A stretch of 63,126 nucleotides of DNA, filler included, from Octopus bimaculoides (Eukaryota), in NCBI RefSeq assembly GCF_001194135.2. It is 6 parts of 5 records of this genome, joined end to end, with 100 filler letters (N's around TTAATTAATTAA, not from the genome) between each part and the next. Parts side by side here need not be neighbours in the genome. Positions count along the whole stretch, not along the records: positions 24,657 to 43,979 come from NC_068981.1; positions 44,080 to 60,254 come from NC_068982.1; 4 more parts are not named here. One strand, 5' to 3'. Positions 38,736 through 52,433 of the stretch are shown piece by piece; the first letter of the stretch is position 1; the number at the start of each line of letters is the position of its first letter. The notes under the pieces are model-generated. The model searched no databases and was not told the origin of the DNA. It worked only from the letters and a program-made list of their open reading frames with translations. A program made the translations under genes and the position numbers.

Positions 38736-39524
38736 ACATTTTTTTTGGCCAAACAAACACATGTACTATATATTCTTTCTTCATTTGTTTATTGTTGTTT
38801 TTATTTTTAACTCGTGTTGATTGTTCGTAATTGTTTCGTCACACACCTGTGACCTCTTAGTCCATTCTCTGTGAATGGACTAAGCGAAGCAGAAACACTC
38901 ACGAGGAGGGAAAGTGTCACTGAAGTGGTAACAGATGTTTGGCGAAAGATTGCCGTTCAAAGGTCATGAGTTAAAGTATGAAAAGTAATAAACAAGTGAA
39001 GAATGAATATATTGTGCGTATATTCATTTGGCCAAAAAAGAGAAATAAAATGCAAATGCCCATACGGAAATACAACTATATCTGTCTCAACAGACGATTT
39101 CACATCAGGAATCTAGCACATATTCATAGACGTAAATATTTCTTTTTTAAATGTAAAGTATAATGCTAAGCATGTAGTATTGTTGCACTACTAGCTTTTA
39201 ATCAACGATATTCTGAAGTAAATATGTTCATTTTTCCCCTCGATTCTAATTGACTTCTCGCGGTGGATGGAGTGCAACTCTACTTACTACAAGTACGCAT
39301 TGTGTGGAATTTCATGCATGCATCTGGCAAACAGTCGCTGACATTTCGCCAGTTCTAGTAGTGAATCTGTACCATGGATACGACTATGATATGGATGAAA
39401 TAAATATACATTGTGAAGAAATATATATATATGTGTTATCGCTCATTGCTGTATCTGAATTTGAAGCATAGAATCATGCATATATGCATACATTCATACA
39501 TGCAAACATACATATGTAGTGCTC

Positions 39525-39562
<38 letters not shown>

Positions 39563-42500
39563 GCTCGTATGTATATAAATATGCATGTATGTATGCATAA
39601 ATGTATATATGTGTGTGCCTGTGTATGCGTCACGCCATTGTTTCCGCACACTCTGCGATACCCAAGATGAATCATTGATCAACGTTGAAGAGTGGATTAA
39701 TATATTTATTCATTAGATCATTGAAGTAATTATTTAGCGATCAAATTTGTGAACTAATGCAATTTCATGGTTCATTAATTCATTAGCATATTGAAGGCTA
39801 ATCAAATTTAAACTGCAATAAAACAAGATTTAAGAAGATCATAAAAAACTAGAACAAATTCCCCATTAACATATGTTATTCTAATATCTTCTCGGAAATG
39901 TTTCCTTGTATTTATGCATACACACACCCACTCATTTTACATGCATGCTCCTGTTTTCATATATAACCCTTGTTTTCTGATGTCATATTTTATAGAAAAT
40001 TACTTATGTAAACGAATAAAATCGATTTTTGTTACGTTTATCATATTGTCTATTATGTTATCTATCACATTTTGTAATACCCATGTATCTCGTGAACTAA
40101 TTAAGGCTATATACATTAGTATATACAGACTACATTCATTTACATACGAGGTAGAATACATAGTCTGAGTAGTAGAATTTATGAATTTCTTACTTTATGT
40201 CTATTTCTCTTTCTTTTCTTCTATTGCTATCTCTCTCTCTTTTTGATTTATATCTTCGTATTCCGTATCAGTCATGATTGATGGAGGGTAGTTACTGAAA
40301 ATATATTTCACATAATATTCCCAAGAGCTGTCATCTAGACTGAAATAATTTTCATTCACTTGCATAATAAATATCTTTTTTGAAAGTCATTGACCTAACA
40401 GCAGCCAAAATTCATCTACTTTTGAAACAAATATTGTTGCTTTTTAAGTTGTTCGTGGCGTATAGCAAGTACCATTTCTCAACTAAATATTTTCCGTTTT
40501 CCATTGGGCTACCTTGTGGCACAAAGACATAGATGTCACTTTATCACATTATATATGTTACAAGTTTGTAAAATTATGCATTATATGAATTACACATAAC
40601 AAGAGGAAGCCTTACTGCTACGTGTATTAATGACTCCACCACCATAATTTCAAAGTTCTGTTACGTCAGATTATATACCGACTTTAATGAAGTTGTCAGT
40701 AAGCAACGTTCGATTTATATTGCAGCCAGTACACCTGCTATTTATTTGATGATTATTTTAAAGATATATTTTATTTTGCATTTCACAATTTATTTATTTC
40801 CACCAAAAAAAATAGTAGCTCTTACTCTATTTTATTTGCTCTATCTGAAACATTTTGCTACCTTTAGGAAGAGATTGGGGTCCAGTATCTATTGATATGC
40901 TGCGAACACATATTGGAGGCGAAACGTTTCACAGAGAGTAGTTGATAAAATTACAAAACGTCAAGAAGTAAATTGTTGTTTGTGTCTGGTTAGATCTTTG
41001 CTTTCACTCTCATCTTTCTTTGTTTCAGTTTATCTTGCCCTTCTTATTACGTTTGTTATATATCACACAGTCAACTGGAATATTTTATTACTCTATCTTG
41101 TATTTTGCTGTGAGAACGTCAGAATTTAGTATTTAGATTGTTTTCCATTTCAGCATTAATTCTAGGCATTAGAATGCAATGTGTTCCATGACTATCTCAA
41201 ATCTAAAAATGCGTGTATCATAGTGACCTTGGGCAAGATACTTCTGAGATTCTTTATCTAGAAAAGCAGAGCTTAATAATATTGATTTTTGCTTACGTTG
41301 AAGTGCAAATATTAATACATACACAGAAGAGAAATATGCGTAATATTCAAGATATTCTCAAGCATATATGTGTGTGAGTGATTGAGTGTGCGTGCGTCTG
41401 TGTCATGTTTGTGACTGGGTGTGCGTGCATATATGTGTGCGTGTGTGTTTGTATGTTCGTGTGTGTGTGTGTGTCTGTGTGTGTCTGAGGAGTGGGGTGA
41501 TGGCATTAAGATAAAAGAAATTATTCAGTTGCAGACTGAGCTGGAACGTTCCAGTTGTTGAAGAAATTCCGATTGTTTCATTTTTATATTGATGATAGAT
41601 ATTTCCAAAGCCGTAGTAAAATAGGAGCAACGTGGTGTAGAAACGATACCAGACAATTTTCAGTCTCGTTTAGTTCTTGTTCTAAGCTATGACATGTTAA
41701 ACAAAAAACAAAAAAAATAAATAAATAAAAATAAGGTGTGTGGATTTTACCGCTAATTTACTGTGCGTATTGGAAACCCCAAAGAATTGATTATGTGACA
41801 TATATTTTTATTAAAATTCATAAAATACTCATTTTGTATGGACGTGTTGAAGTGGTGGATATGGAATATATTTACACATCAATGTATATCAATTCAATTA
41901 ACGTATGCATTATACGATCTCAAAATTTGCACAAGTATTACTGTGTGGTTATGATATTGATTTTGCAAATGTGTTTGATTTCGGAGTTTTATTTATTATA
42001 CAATACCTCGGTTAATTGTATTCATAGCAGCCTTATGCTGATTCAATTTTTAAAAGAACATTTCGTAAATGCGGACACAACATCTGTTTCTCATAAATAA
42101 TGTGACCGCTGGTGAATTTAGACTCAAAGTTTCCCGAGCATACATTAAACTAAATCTTCTACTTCACTCCAACACTTTGACCCTTAACCGAGGCCGGGAG
42201 TGCTACGTTTGCTTCTAAAATATCGACGTTCAGAAGGTGTCCCCGACTGCTTGCAACGATGAACATACAGTTGCTCGATGAATTAAATCTCCACTCATAT
42301 GAATACGCAACAGAATATGAGTATTCTACCAACATGTGCACACTTCATACAACTCACATTTTTAGTCAGAGTTATGTAATGCGACGCGGCTCCATACTTG
42401 AATTATAAGTACGAAGCAGAGAAACTAGAAGGGGAGAAAAATCTATACTACACCTGGTATAGTATTTTACTAACGTTCATAAAATCAGGAGGAAAAAATC

Positions 42501-43906
42501 ATTACTACAGAAAAAATTGCACTTAGATTACAGAGAGTTGGAAAGAATAACATGCCATTATTAGATTCGATGAATGTCAAAACATCAAGCATATAAAAAT
42601 ACTTCGAAAAGCAAAAGGCACCAAAATAAATTTTCCTGAATATTATCATTTAACATAATGTACACATAAATTGATGACAAATTGCTTAGTTGTACCTACA
42701 TATTGAGATAAATGTCAACTAAAGATGTTGACTATTATCTAAGTAGTATTAGTAACTTGTTGAGTGTGTAAAATTTAAGGAACTTTAAAAAAATCTAATC
42801 CATTTAAAGCTTGAAACGAAACTAATATATCTTCAAATTTAATTGCAATTAAATATTTATTTACACTAGTTTTAGTGTTTCAAACGCGTTAGGTATATAT
42901 TTATTGGGTTTGAGAAGTTTAATTTCATGCATGGTGAGTCTATCCAATAATCGGTTAAAGGCAGGAGAGTGACTGACATTTATCTTATACATAAAATAGT
43001 TTTAGAAACAAGAACTATCAATTCACAGCAAAATTACCATGATCGTCGTAAACATTTATGATCAGTACGCTTGTAATTTAAAAATTTATCGTTACGGTCT
43101 GATAAAGTTGTGAAATAGGAACTTTGTCAATATAACAATACAATGTATGTTTTAATCAATTGCGGAACAATTAACAAAGCAGAAATTTTAATATCCATTT
43201 AGTATACGTTTTTATAAAACTTTACAACCTGGATAAGTATTTAGGTAGGTATTTTCGACACTCATATGTATGTATATANNNNNNNNNNNNNNNNNNNNNN
43301 NNNNNNNNNNNNNNNNNNNNNNNNNNNNNNNNNNNNNNNNNNNNNNNNNNNNNNNNNNNNNNNNNNNNNNNNNNNNNNNNNNNNNNNNNNNNNNNNNNNN
43401 NNNNNNNNNNNNNNNNNNNNNNNNNNNNNNNNNNNNNNNNNNNNNNNNNNNNNNNNNNNNNNNNNNNNNNNNNNNNNNNNNNNNNNNNNNNNNNNNNNNN
43501 NNNNNNNNNNNNNNNNNNNNNNNNNNNNNNNNNNNNNNNNNNNNNNNNNNNNNNNNNNNNNNNNNNNNNNNNNNNNNNNNNNNNNNNNNNNNNNNNNNNN
43601 NNNNNNNNNNNNNNNNNNNNNNNNNNNNNNNNNNNNNNNNNNNNNNNCCTCGTCTGTTGTTATTTTTTGTATATTCTCCTATATATATATATATATATCA
43701 CAAATATGACGTGGAGATGCACTTGACTAAAACTGGAACAATGTTCTTAAATAGCACCCACCCTATATCCCCTTACAAGACCAACGCAGCAACTAAAACG
43801 TAAGGCTCTATTTACCTATCACCACTATCACACCACCACATATATTACACCCAATAATTACTTCTCCTACATTTCGCACACCGCAAACTTCGAATATACC
43901 CTTCAA

Positions 43907-43958
43907 CACTCTGAAGAGATCGGCCAAACTACTGGCTGCATCGAAACGTACGTAAGTG
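43907..43958 (+). ncRNA. Type I minimal hammerhead ribozyme
   Basis: CACU-CUGAAGA-GAUCGGCC(aaacuacu)GGCUG-c-AUC-GAAA-C(GUAC)G-UA-AGUG. Perfect 4-bp stem I and palindromic stem III ACGUACGU. Confidence 0.8.
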
Positions 43959-44109
43959 ACTAAGACATAATATACAAAANNNNNNNNNNNNNNNNNNNNN
44001 NNNNNNNNNNNNNNNNNNNNNNNTTAATTAATTAANNNNNNNNNNNNNNNNNNNNNNNNNNNNNNNNNNNNNNNNNNNNATATATATATATATATATACG
44101 CACACAAAC

Positions 44110-44350
44110 ACATATAGTGGCGGAACGTGGCTTAAATCTTAGGGTGTTGGGCTTGTGATCGTAAGATAGTGGTTTTCTGTTCGTGCACCGGGCGATGTGT
44201 TTTCTTCTTGAGCAAAACTCTTTATTATACATTGTTCCTGTCTGCTCATCTGGCAAAAGTTAGCATTCCTTCGTGGGACTGCTGCCCCGTCCAACGATGG
44301 AAAATATATGCTTCAGAAACTTTGAAACTGGCTCTATGTGTCTATGACTC
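44110..44350 (+). mobile_element. SINE family C-like, degenerate
   Basis: tRNA-like head followed by TTCTTGAGCAAAAC. Confidence 0.5.
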
Positions 44351-44879
44351 AAGAAGGACCAAAAAATACATAATTTAATGTTGCATTTACATATAATTTT
44401 CACCTAATGCCATACACTTTTGTTTCTTTTTCTCTTTGTGCCTCACTTTTTCTTCTCATCCCCTCTCTATTTAGTGACTTCTGATGGTAGAAATGTCTAT
44501 ATATTGTTTAGTGGCTGAAAATGATGCTTTATTCCGTCCCATTAACTCTATTATTCTTCCTTGTGTAATACCAATTTAATTATAATTGATTAATAATTTT
44601 TTATATTTATATCCCCCACCATCTTTAAACTGACGATCCAATATATCATTAGATCTCATCAATACAGTTCATTGAGAATTACATTATTATTTTATTAAAG
44701 CAAAGTTAATGTTTCTTTTCCAATTTGTTTCTTCTTTAAGCCTTTGGTTACCCTATGTATAATATGTGACACACAGGACATAGTAGGTACCTTATTGCAT
44801 ACACCCTCCCATTTTTTCAACCACTTGAAGCGTTATATTAATCAGAATATATGAAAGAGTGTAAAGGGTAAAAATACCC

Positions 44880-45190
44880 TTCAGTAATGAATGACCATGG
44901 GATGCCCCGAGAAAGTTCCACTCCGAGGCACAGGTCAGGGTGATGTTGCTTTGTCGCTCATGCATAACATGTCACGCCACCAATGTTATCCAAGAGAAAG
45001 GAAAACGCCGATACAACTTGGCACCAGTGACGTCGCAACTCCTTTCTACAATTGAGTGAACTGGAGCAACGTGAAATAAAATGCCTTGCTCAAAAACACA
45101 AATTTAATACAGAGCCCAGCCCGGGAATCGAACTCACTACTTCATAATTGTGAGCCCGAAGCTCTAAGCATTGATCCATGCACTTTCACA
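44880..45190 (-). mobile_element. SINE family C
   Basis: Aligns with 6085-6399. Confidence 0.75.
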
Positions 45191-45704
45191 TATAAATGAA
45201 GAGTAACAAACGGACGTTCAGGACAAACTTCCGAAAATTCTTTGGACAGGCGAAGGGTTAAGAATCAGAAACACACGCCAGTTTGTAATCTTTTTCTTTT
45301 TGTTATAAACTATTTATCAATAGCAGTCAAGACACGTCCTCTCGTAAATGCTGTTTAATCAGACCTCACAGCGGACGTCCGATTTGTAAGAAAAACAAAT
45401 TTTGTTTACAGATATCGTTGTACATATGGGGAAAAATACGCAGTATCTAAGAAAAGACAAGTTCATTGCGGGATCTCAAAGCATTTTTACAAACCAGTAG
45501 TGAAGAAGAGTAACATGTATAGAAATAATATTAATTCAGATTTTGGCAGCAAATAAAGACACGGATGACCAGTGAGCTCTCCATTAAAAGAATTTACAAT
45601 CCGCACTGAACTGACAGAATGAAAGAGTGCATCGGAATACGTGATGTTTCTGGTTGCAATTTGTCTGCGCTAATAAAATGCATACATACATGCACACATA
45701 TACA

Positions 45705-45746
45705 CATAAATATAGATATACATACATACATACATACATACATACA

Positions 45747-45808
<62 letters not shown>

Positions 45809-46055
45809 TATACACATAAATATATACACACATATACATGTATACATATACACATATATATGTATATGTTTATGTATATATATGTAATACATATATACAT
45901 GCACACACACATACACATATATATAGATATACATACATACATACATACATACATACATACATACATACATACATGCATATATATATATATATATATGTGT
46001 ATATATTTATGTATATTTATATACACATATATATATATATATATCTGTATATGTA

Positions 46056-46091
<36 letters not shown>

Positions 46092-46125
46092 TGTATGTAT
46101 GTATGTATGTATGTATGTATGTATG
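45705..46125. repeat. (TA)n/(TACA)n/(TATG)n composite microsatellite
   Basis: Direct inspection. Confidence 0.9.
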
Positions 46126-46194
46126 TGCAGATTTGTTTGTTTTATGTATGTATTCTCATGCATATAGTTGCATATCTAGACATGCTCATATATA

Positions 46195-46752
46195 TTTAAA
46201 TTATAAACTTCTGGAAACTTTTATACAGTTCCAGTGATGGAGTGGATCTGTAGCCTTCGGATTAACTTTCCCATTTCTGGTTCTGAGAAACCTAATTTCT
46301 CAAGACAGTGTGTTACATATCCCACGGCCCAAATATTTAAGGCTATAAACCTGAACTTGTAATCTGGATAGAGTAACTGCAGATTTATGTATAGTTCAGC
46401 ATAGGTGTTCTCTTCACTGATCTTCAGTTTTATGTTAACATCCTCTGGGCAGCTAATTTCCACAACTGTGCACAGTTTCTCTTCCCTATCCCAATCATTA
46501 TATCAGGTCTCTTGTGCTTACATTTTATTGGGTTCTTCACTGGTACATTCCACTAGTATTCCTTTTCATTATCAGTGGCTGTGTCTTCGTCCATATTATA
46601 GGTTCTTATTTCTTTATCCTCAGGATTATCCATCCGACGGATTTCATTATAGAGTGTCCTAGTTAGAATGTCATGTCTTATCGGTAGATAATACCCTGAT
46701 GACATTTTCGGACAACTGCTTATGATGTGAGTTATATCTAAAGTCTGCATCG
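46195..46752 (-). mobile_element. RLE-type LINE 3' end (CCHC knuckle plus PD-(D/E)xK nuclease), R4/NeSL-like
   Basis: [61 protein letters not shown], with stops and frameshifts. Confidence 0.82.
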
Positions 46753-46848
46753 GTTGTCACACTTTACGTATGAATGTATGTATGTATGTATGTTTGTATG
46801 TATGATTGTATGTATGTATGTATCTATATGTATGTGTATATCTATATG

Positions 46849-46933
<85 letters not shown>

Positions 46934-47502
46934 TTATATATACATATATATTTATATAATTAATATAAATAGCATTTTGTAATGTTTCACCGAGAGGGAG
47001 AATTATAATTGTCACAAATGTGAGTAGGCTGTTACGAAATACCTACATTGCTAGAAATAAGAGCTAAACCGTTCTAATGCTATAGTTAAAGCACATGAAT
47101 GAAAACATACACGAACAGAGACCACAGTCGTCCGAAAAGTGCCCCAGCATAGCCACAATCTCATTTTTTTCATCAGATTCCTAATAATATTTAATTTTAA
47201 AAAATTTAATAGGATTTTTTAAACATCAAGTGGTTATGAAGGCCTATCCAAGTAGCTTTTGAGCTTAGGTAGTACGCGTGACCTGTCTTGAGTTCTCTGA
47301 TTGGTGAGATCAAGGAGGAATTTTTACTGAAACTGGAGAGCTAATTTGAATACTTTCAACATACTGGACTCATCGAAAACATCCACATTGTGGATGTTTT
47401 AATTAATACCTTATGTTAAAAAAGTGGACGGTGGATTGAGGCTTGCACCTATTGGTCGTGTCTTCATAGCGACTGCCTCATTTATACCATTTCCCTATAA
47501 AG

Positions 47503-47755
47503 CAGTGGTTTTCAACCGGGGTTTCCAAGACCCTTCGAAGTCCTTATAAGATTTAGTTGTTAAAGTTTATGTGCAATAAATTGGTTATTCTGTTGCTATA
47601 AACAGAATATTTTAATGTCTTTTATACAATTTTAATAATATTTAATTATAAAAATATAAAAAGATTTTATAAACCATCGAATGGCTAAGAAGGTCCATCC
47701 GAGTTAAAGAGGAATCCCAGGGGGTCAATTAGTAAAAAATGATTGAGAATCACTG
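47503..47755. mobile_element. Non-autonomous hAT (Charlie-type) MITE
   Basis: Ends CAGTGGTTTTCAACC / GATTGAGAATCACTG. 8-bp flanks CTATAAAG and CTAAAAAA (6/8 match, decayed TSD). Confidence 0.78.
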
Positions 47756-48966
47756 CTAAAAAAGGAAGAGAAAGCAAAAGGACAAAAAAAAAATTAAAAA
47801 AAGAACGAATTCAATTAACAAATAACCTCGCGTATTTAGAATATACATAATATCAAGGGGTTGAATGTATTATATTTGACGTATGTTTTATTTGGAAAAA
47901 TACTAGTTTATATATACCTGTGTATTTTTATATGCATGCATGCTTACATGCATGTGAAAATATTTGCTTGTTTGTTTGTATGTGCGTGCGTGTGTGCGTG
48001 TTTGCGTATGAGGATGTGTATGTATGATTGTATGTCGATGTTTGAGTGTATGTATTTGTACATGATATATATATATACGTGTATAAATTTCCAAGCATAT
48101 GTGTATAACAGTGCTTGGCGACGTGTATACATATTCATAGGCGTAAATACATATACGTTGATATTTATGTATATGTGCATATGTAAATGTATGTGTGTTG
48201 GGTGGGTGGGTGTCTGTGCCTGTGCGCGTATGGTGTCACTGAGTGAGTAGGTATGTGAAGAAAAGAGACGAAGCAAAATTGAACAGAAAGAAAAGGGTTG
48301 GAATCATTTAATACGAAAAAGTGTATATATATGAAAAATATATTTGTGTTGATGTGTTTCTGCCAGTATATACATGACACGACGTATCCGATTGTGTCTA
48401 CTGAATGAGAAACAAAACTGCCAACTAACATAAATACACTACGGATTAATGGAGTTGCACGCATCATTATGTAAGTACGTGTGTGTGTTTATGTATATAC
48501 GTACATATATATATATATATGTATATATATATATGTATATTTGTTGTGTATGTGTGCATAAACGCGTGTTCCATGAGAGCAATTGTGTATACATGTGTAT
48601 ACAGAATTAGGCTGTATTATGTATCATTAAACATATAGCGGCATTGATGCAAATATGCAGCCATAGAGCTGGATCATGTCACAAGAAATTTTTTGTACTG
48701 CGACACAATTCGCTAATTAGTCGTTAATTGGTTTAATTCTAATTACATGGAAATGTAGATAAAAATTGTATGTGTGCGTGTGTACGTGTGTGCATTAATA
48801 TACATATATAAACATACATACACGTATATATATATGCGTATATATATATATAATATATATATACATGTATATATATGTATGTGTGCGCACATACATATAT
48901 ATATACATATATAAATATATGTATATATATATTTCATGTACGTACGCACACACACATACACACATG

Positions 48967-49013
<47 letters not shown>

Positions 49014-49828
49014 TTCATGTACACATACGACTATGCTTATGCAAAGCAACATACACGTACAACACAAATAAAAGTTTAATCGAATGCGATGAAAGGTAGA
49101 AATATAAATAAAAATTAAATGGAATCATAGAAAATAAAATAAAATTGTAAAGCGATGTTTTATCTAATTATTTATTTATTTCATCTATTTATTTACTTAT
49201 TTATTTTTCTGGTAGTTGCTTTGGTTGTTTTGCGTTCGAGAAAAGATACGAGTGGGTAATTTATACCCTGCAGATCTTCGTACACCGCGACACTTTCGAG
49301 GTGTAGAAGAAGTGTCGTATTCGTCAAGGTGTTTCTTAGTTTTGTTAACTCCTGTTGTTTTGGACAAGCTAGTCAATGGTGGAGACATAAATGGTTTGGT
49401 TGATGGTTCGTCAAGGCGTTGGTGGTGTTTTATTTCAGATTTTATTTCTTAGATAATCCTTTTTCAGATGGTAACAAAGATACCAAACAGTTTCCTTCTA
49501 AATATTTCTTTCTTTTTTTTTTGTCTAAATCAACCCTTTAAGCATCGTTCTGTAATTTTTTTTTCTTTTACGATTACCAAGTCGGGTTTTTATTTTAATG
49601 TTTTCTTTTTGGTGGTGTTCTTGCTCTCACTGTTGTCTTTCGTGTTGTTTTTCTAGTAGACGTTGAAGTTGTTTCACTTTCAGTTTCACTTTTAACTTCC
49701 TTTGTGTTGCATAGGCTTTCCTTTCATCTTGATATTAAGTCTGACTGTTTCTCTGCCAATGTCTCGCTCACCCGGTCTCTTTCTTTCTCTGAAACAATTT
49801 ACACGCCTGCGTATATAAATATATGTAT

Positions 49829-49863
<35 letters not shown>

Positions 49864-49907
49864 CAACGCACACATATATAATCATACATACATACGTATA
49901 CATCATA

Positions 49908-49945
<38 letters not shown>

Positions 49946-51172
49946 NNNNNNNNNNNNNNNNNNNNNNNNNNNNNNNNNNNNNNNNNNNNNNNNNNNNNNN
50001 NNNNNNNNNNNNNNNNNNNNNNNNNNNNNNNNNNNNNNNNNNNNNNNNNNNNNNNNNNNNNNNNNNNNNNNNNNNNNNNNNNNNNNNNNNNNNNNNNNNN
50101 NNNNNNNNNNNNNNNNNNNNNNNNNNNNNNNNNNNNNNNNNNNNNNNNNNNNNNNNNNNNNNNNNNNNNNNNNNNNNNNNNNNNNNNNNNNNNNNNNNNN
50201 NNNNNNNNNNNNNNNNNNNNNNNNNNNNNCATAAATAGATGGACACACCTCTCCGTTCTATATTTATACACCCCCTCATACAATCTCTCTTTCTGTAATA
50301 CTTTCTTCACCTTCTCATTCTGTTTTCCTCTTTCTTCCTCTCCTCATCTGCCTCCCTCTCTCTCTCTCTCACTCTCCCCCCATTCTCTCTCCCTCTCTAT
50401 TTCCCTCTCCCTATCATGTTTACGTTCTTATTTCATTGTGCATCTCTTTTTTGCTCACGTCTCTTCTTTCTTTGCACACACATTCCTCGTCTGTCCTTTT
50501 GTCAGTGTCTTCCTTCTTCATCTACCGCTCACATTTTTCTCTCTTCCTCCATTTTCCTTAAGTTTTTAATGATCATCTTTCTCATACGATATGTGATGTC
50601 TACGCGGAAAAATCTTATACTACTAGTATTTTTTTCTTCGTTTTATTTGCTGTGTCAAAACAATACAATATCTACATACATCAGCTCATACGTACATATT
50701 TACTTATATTCACTACACGCACACAAACACACACGTGCCTACACAGACACATATATACACATCCATGCATATATATTATCTCTTCTGCCTCACTCCTTCC
50801 CCCTTTCTTGTACTCTTTCTTTCTTTCTCCCTGTCTCTCTCCCGCGCTATCCGCCGATCATCTTTCTCATTTGTTTGGTAGCTATTTACTAGCTTCATGT
50901 CATAGGTTGATTTTCTTTAATTCCCTTTCGTTTCGATATATATATATATATATATAAGCAATATTAGATCTCTGAGCGAGAAACCTACAGTACCATCACG
51001 AGATCGTGAAGTATATTTGACACCTAAATGTGGCGGTCCCATAGGGGACGATGCTACTGTCGTTTATAGCCCCAGGAGGACATCTCCTCCAGCTGACTAC
51101 GACACACTCTCTGTGTCTGATTAGTATTTACGAAGGGAAATCATCGTTTCCAACTCTAGTCTTATGTGACAT

Positions 51173-51216
51173 ACACAGACGTGGGTTTCTGGGTAGTAAC
51201 CCGTCATTAGTGTGTG
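51173..51216 (-). ncRNA. Type I hammerhead, core G5-to-A mutant
   Basis: Reverse complement: ACACA-CUAAUGA-CGGG(uuacua)CCCA-GAAA-C(ccac)G-UC-UGUGU. Confidence 0.7.
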
Positions 51217-51585
51217 ATAATTGCCAGGTAGCTCTGAGAGCTCATTCCAAACGCAAAATACTATATGCTTTTTTCCAGTAACAAAACGTCGCTGATCTCG
51301 ACAAAGGAGAAACAAGCAATATTAAATCTCTGAGCTAGAAGTAAACAGAAGCAGCACGGCATTGTGAAGTATATTTGCCACCTAAATGTGGCGGTCCCAT
51401 AGGGGATTATGTTACTGTTGTTTATAGCACCAGGTGGACATCTCCTCCAGCTGGCTAACAACACACTGTCTGTGTCTGATTAGTATTTGCGAAGGGAAAT
51501 CATCGTTCCCATCTCCAGCCTTACGTGGAAAAAGCATATGGGAGTTTGCGTTTGGAATGAGTTTTAATCGCTAGCTGATGATTAG

Positions 51586-51641
51586 CACACACTGATGACG
51601 GTTTACTACTCAGAAACTGATGACGGTTTACTACTGTCTGT
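51586..51641 (+). ncRNA. Type I hammerhead with a duplicated core segment in stem III
   Basis: CACACA-CUGAUGA-CGGUUUACUACUCA-GAAA-C[UGAUGACGGUUUACUACU]-GUC-UGU. Confidence 0.55.
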
Positions 51642-52310
51642 ATCCCGAAAGGCTAGAGACGGGAACTATGATTTCCCTTCGCAAATACTAATCAGACACA
51701 GACAGTGTGTTGTTAGCCAATCCGGAGAAGACTTCCTCCGGGGGCTAGAGACAACAGTAGCATCGTCCCTTATGGGACCGCCACATTTAGAAGACAAATA
51801 TACTTCACAATACATATATAATATATATATGATATATATATATGTGTGAGTGTGTGTGTGTGTGCGTGTGTGTATGTGTGTGTGTGTGTGTATGTGTGTG
51901 TGTGTGTAGTTAATAAAAATACCCAGAAAAACAAAAGAAATAAAAAGAGGACGTAGCACAAGCAATGTATTAATTCTACGCTGGGAGAAGGAAAAGAGTA
52001 GTTGTTTTACATTTCGATCATAGCTCTTCTTTGAATGCAGGAAAAACAGGAAAGTCCAAGGAGAAGAAGGAAGAAGGATGGACAGAAATCGCCAATAATC
52101 CATGTGCGGTTACATTTCTGAAGTGACCGGAAGTAGAAACAGAAACTGTTTTCTGGAACAGGAGAATATGAACATGATCAGTATGTGTGTGTGTGTATGG
52201 TGGTAATTGTGTGTGTAGTGTGTTTTCATGGTAGTGTGTGTGTGTGTGGTATTAACTGTGCGTGTGTTTGTTTGTGTTTGTGTTAGCATATATATATATA
52301 TGTGTGTGTG

Positions 52311-52353
<43 letters not shown>

Positions 52354-52365
52354 NNNNNNNNNNNN

Positions 52366-52433
<68 letters not shown>

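Larger units (their letters stand above)
50957..51815. mobile_element. Family D cluster: two tandem minus-strand units plus an inverted plus-strand unit, two hammerheads
   Basis: 50957-51170 matches 51314-51525 as a direct repeat (period ~357 bp). 51655-51812 is the inverted arm, and 51205-51278 is the reverse complement of 51526-51600. Confidence 0.85.

Noticed and set aside
39250-39400. Short ORF-like GC-richer patches (also 30431-30619, 40865-40945, 42159-42420, 52040-52130)
   Set aside because: No recognisable domain and inconsistent splice signals; within chance expectation.
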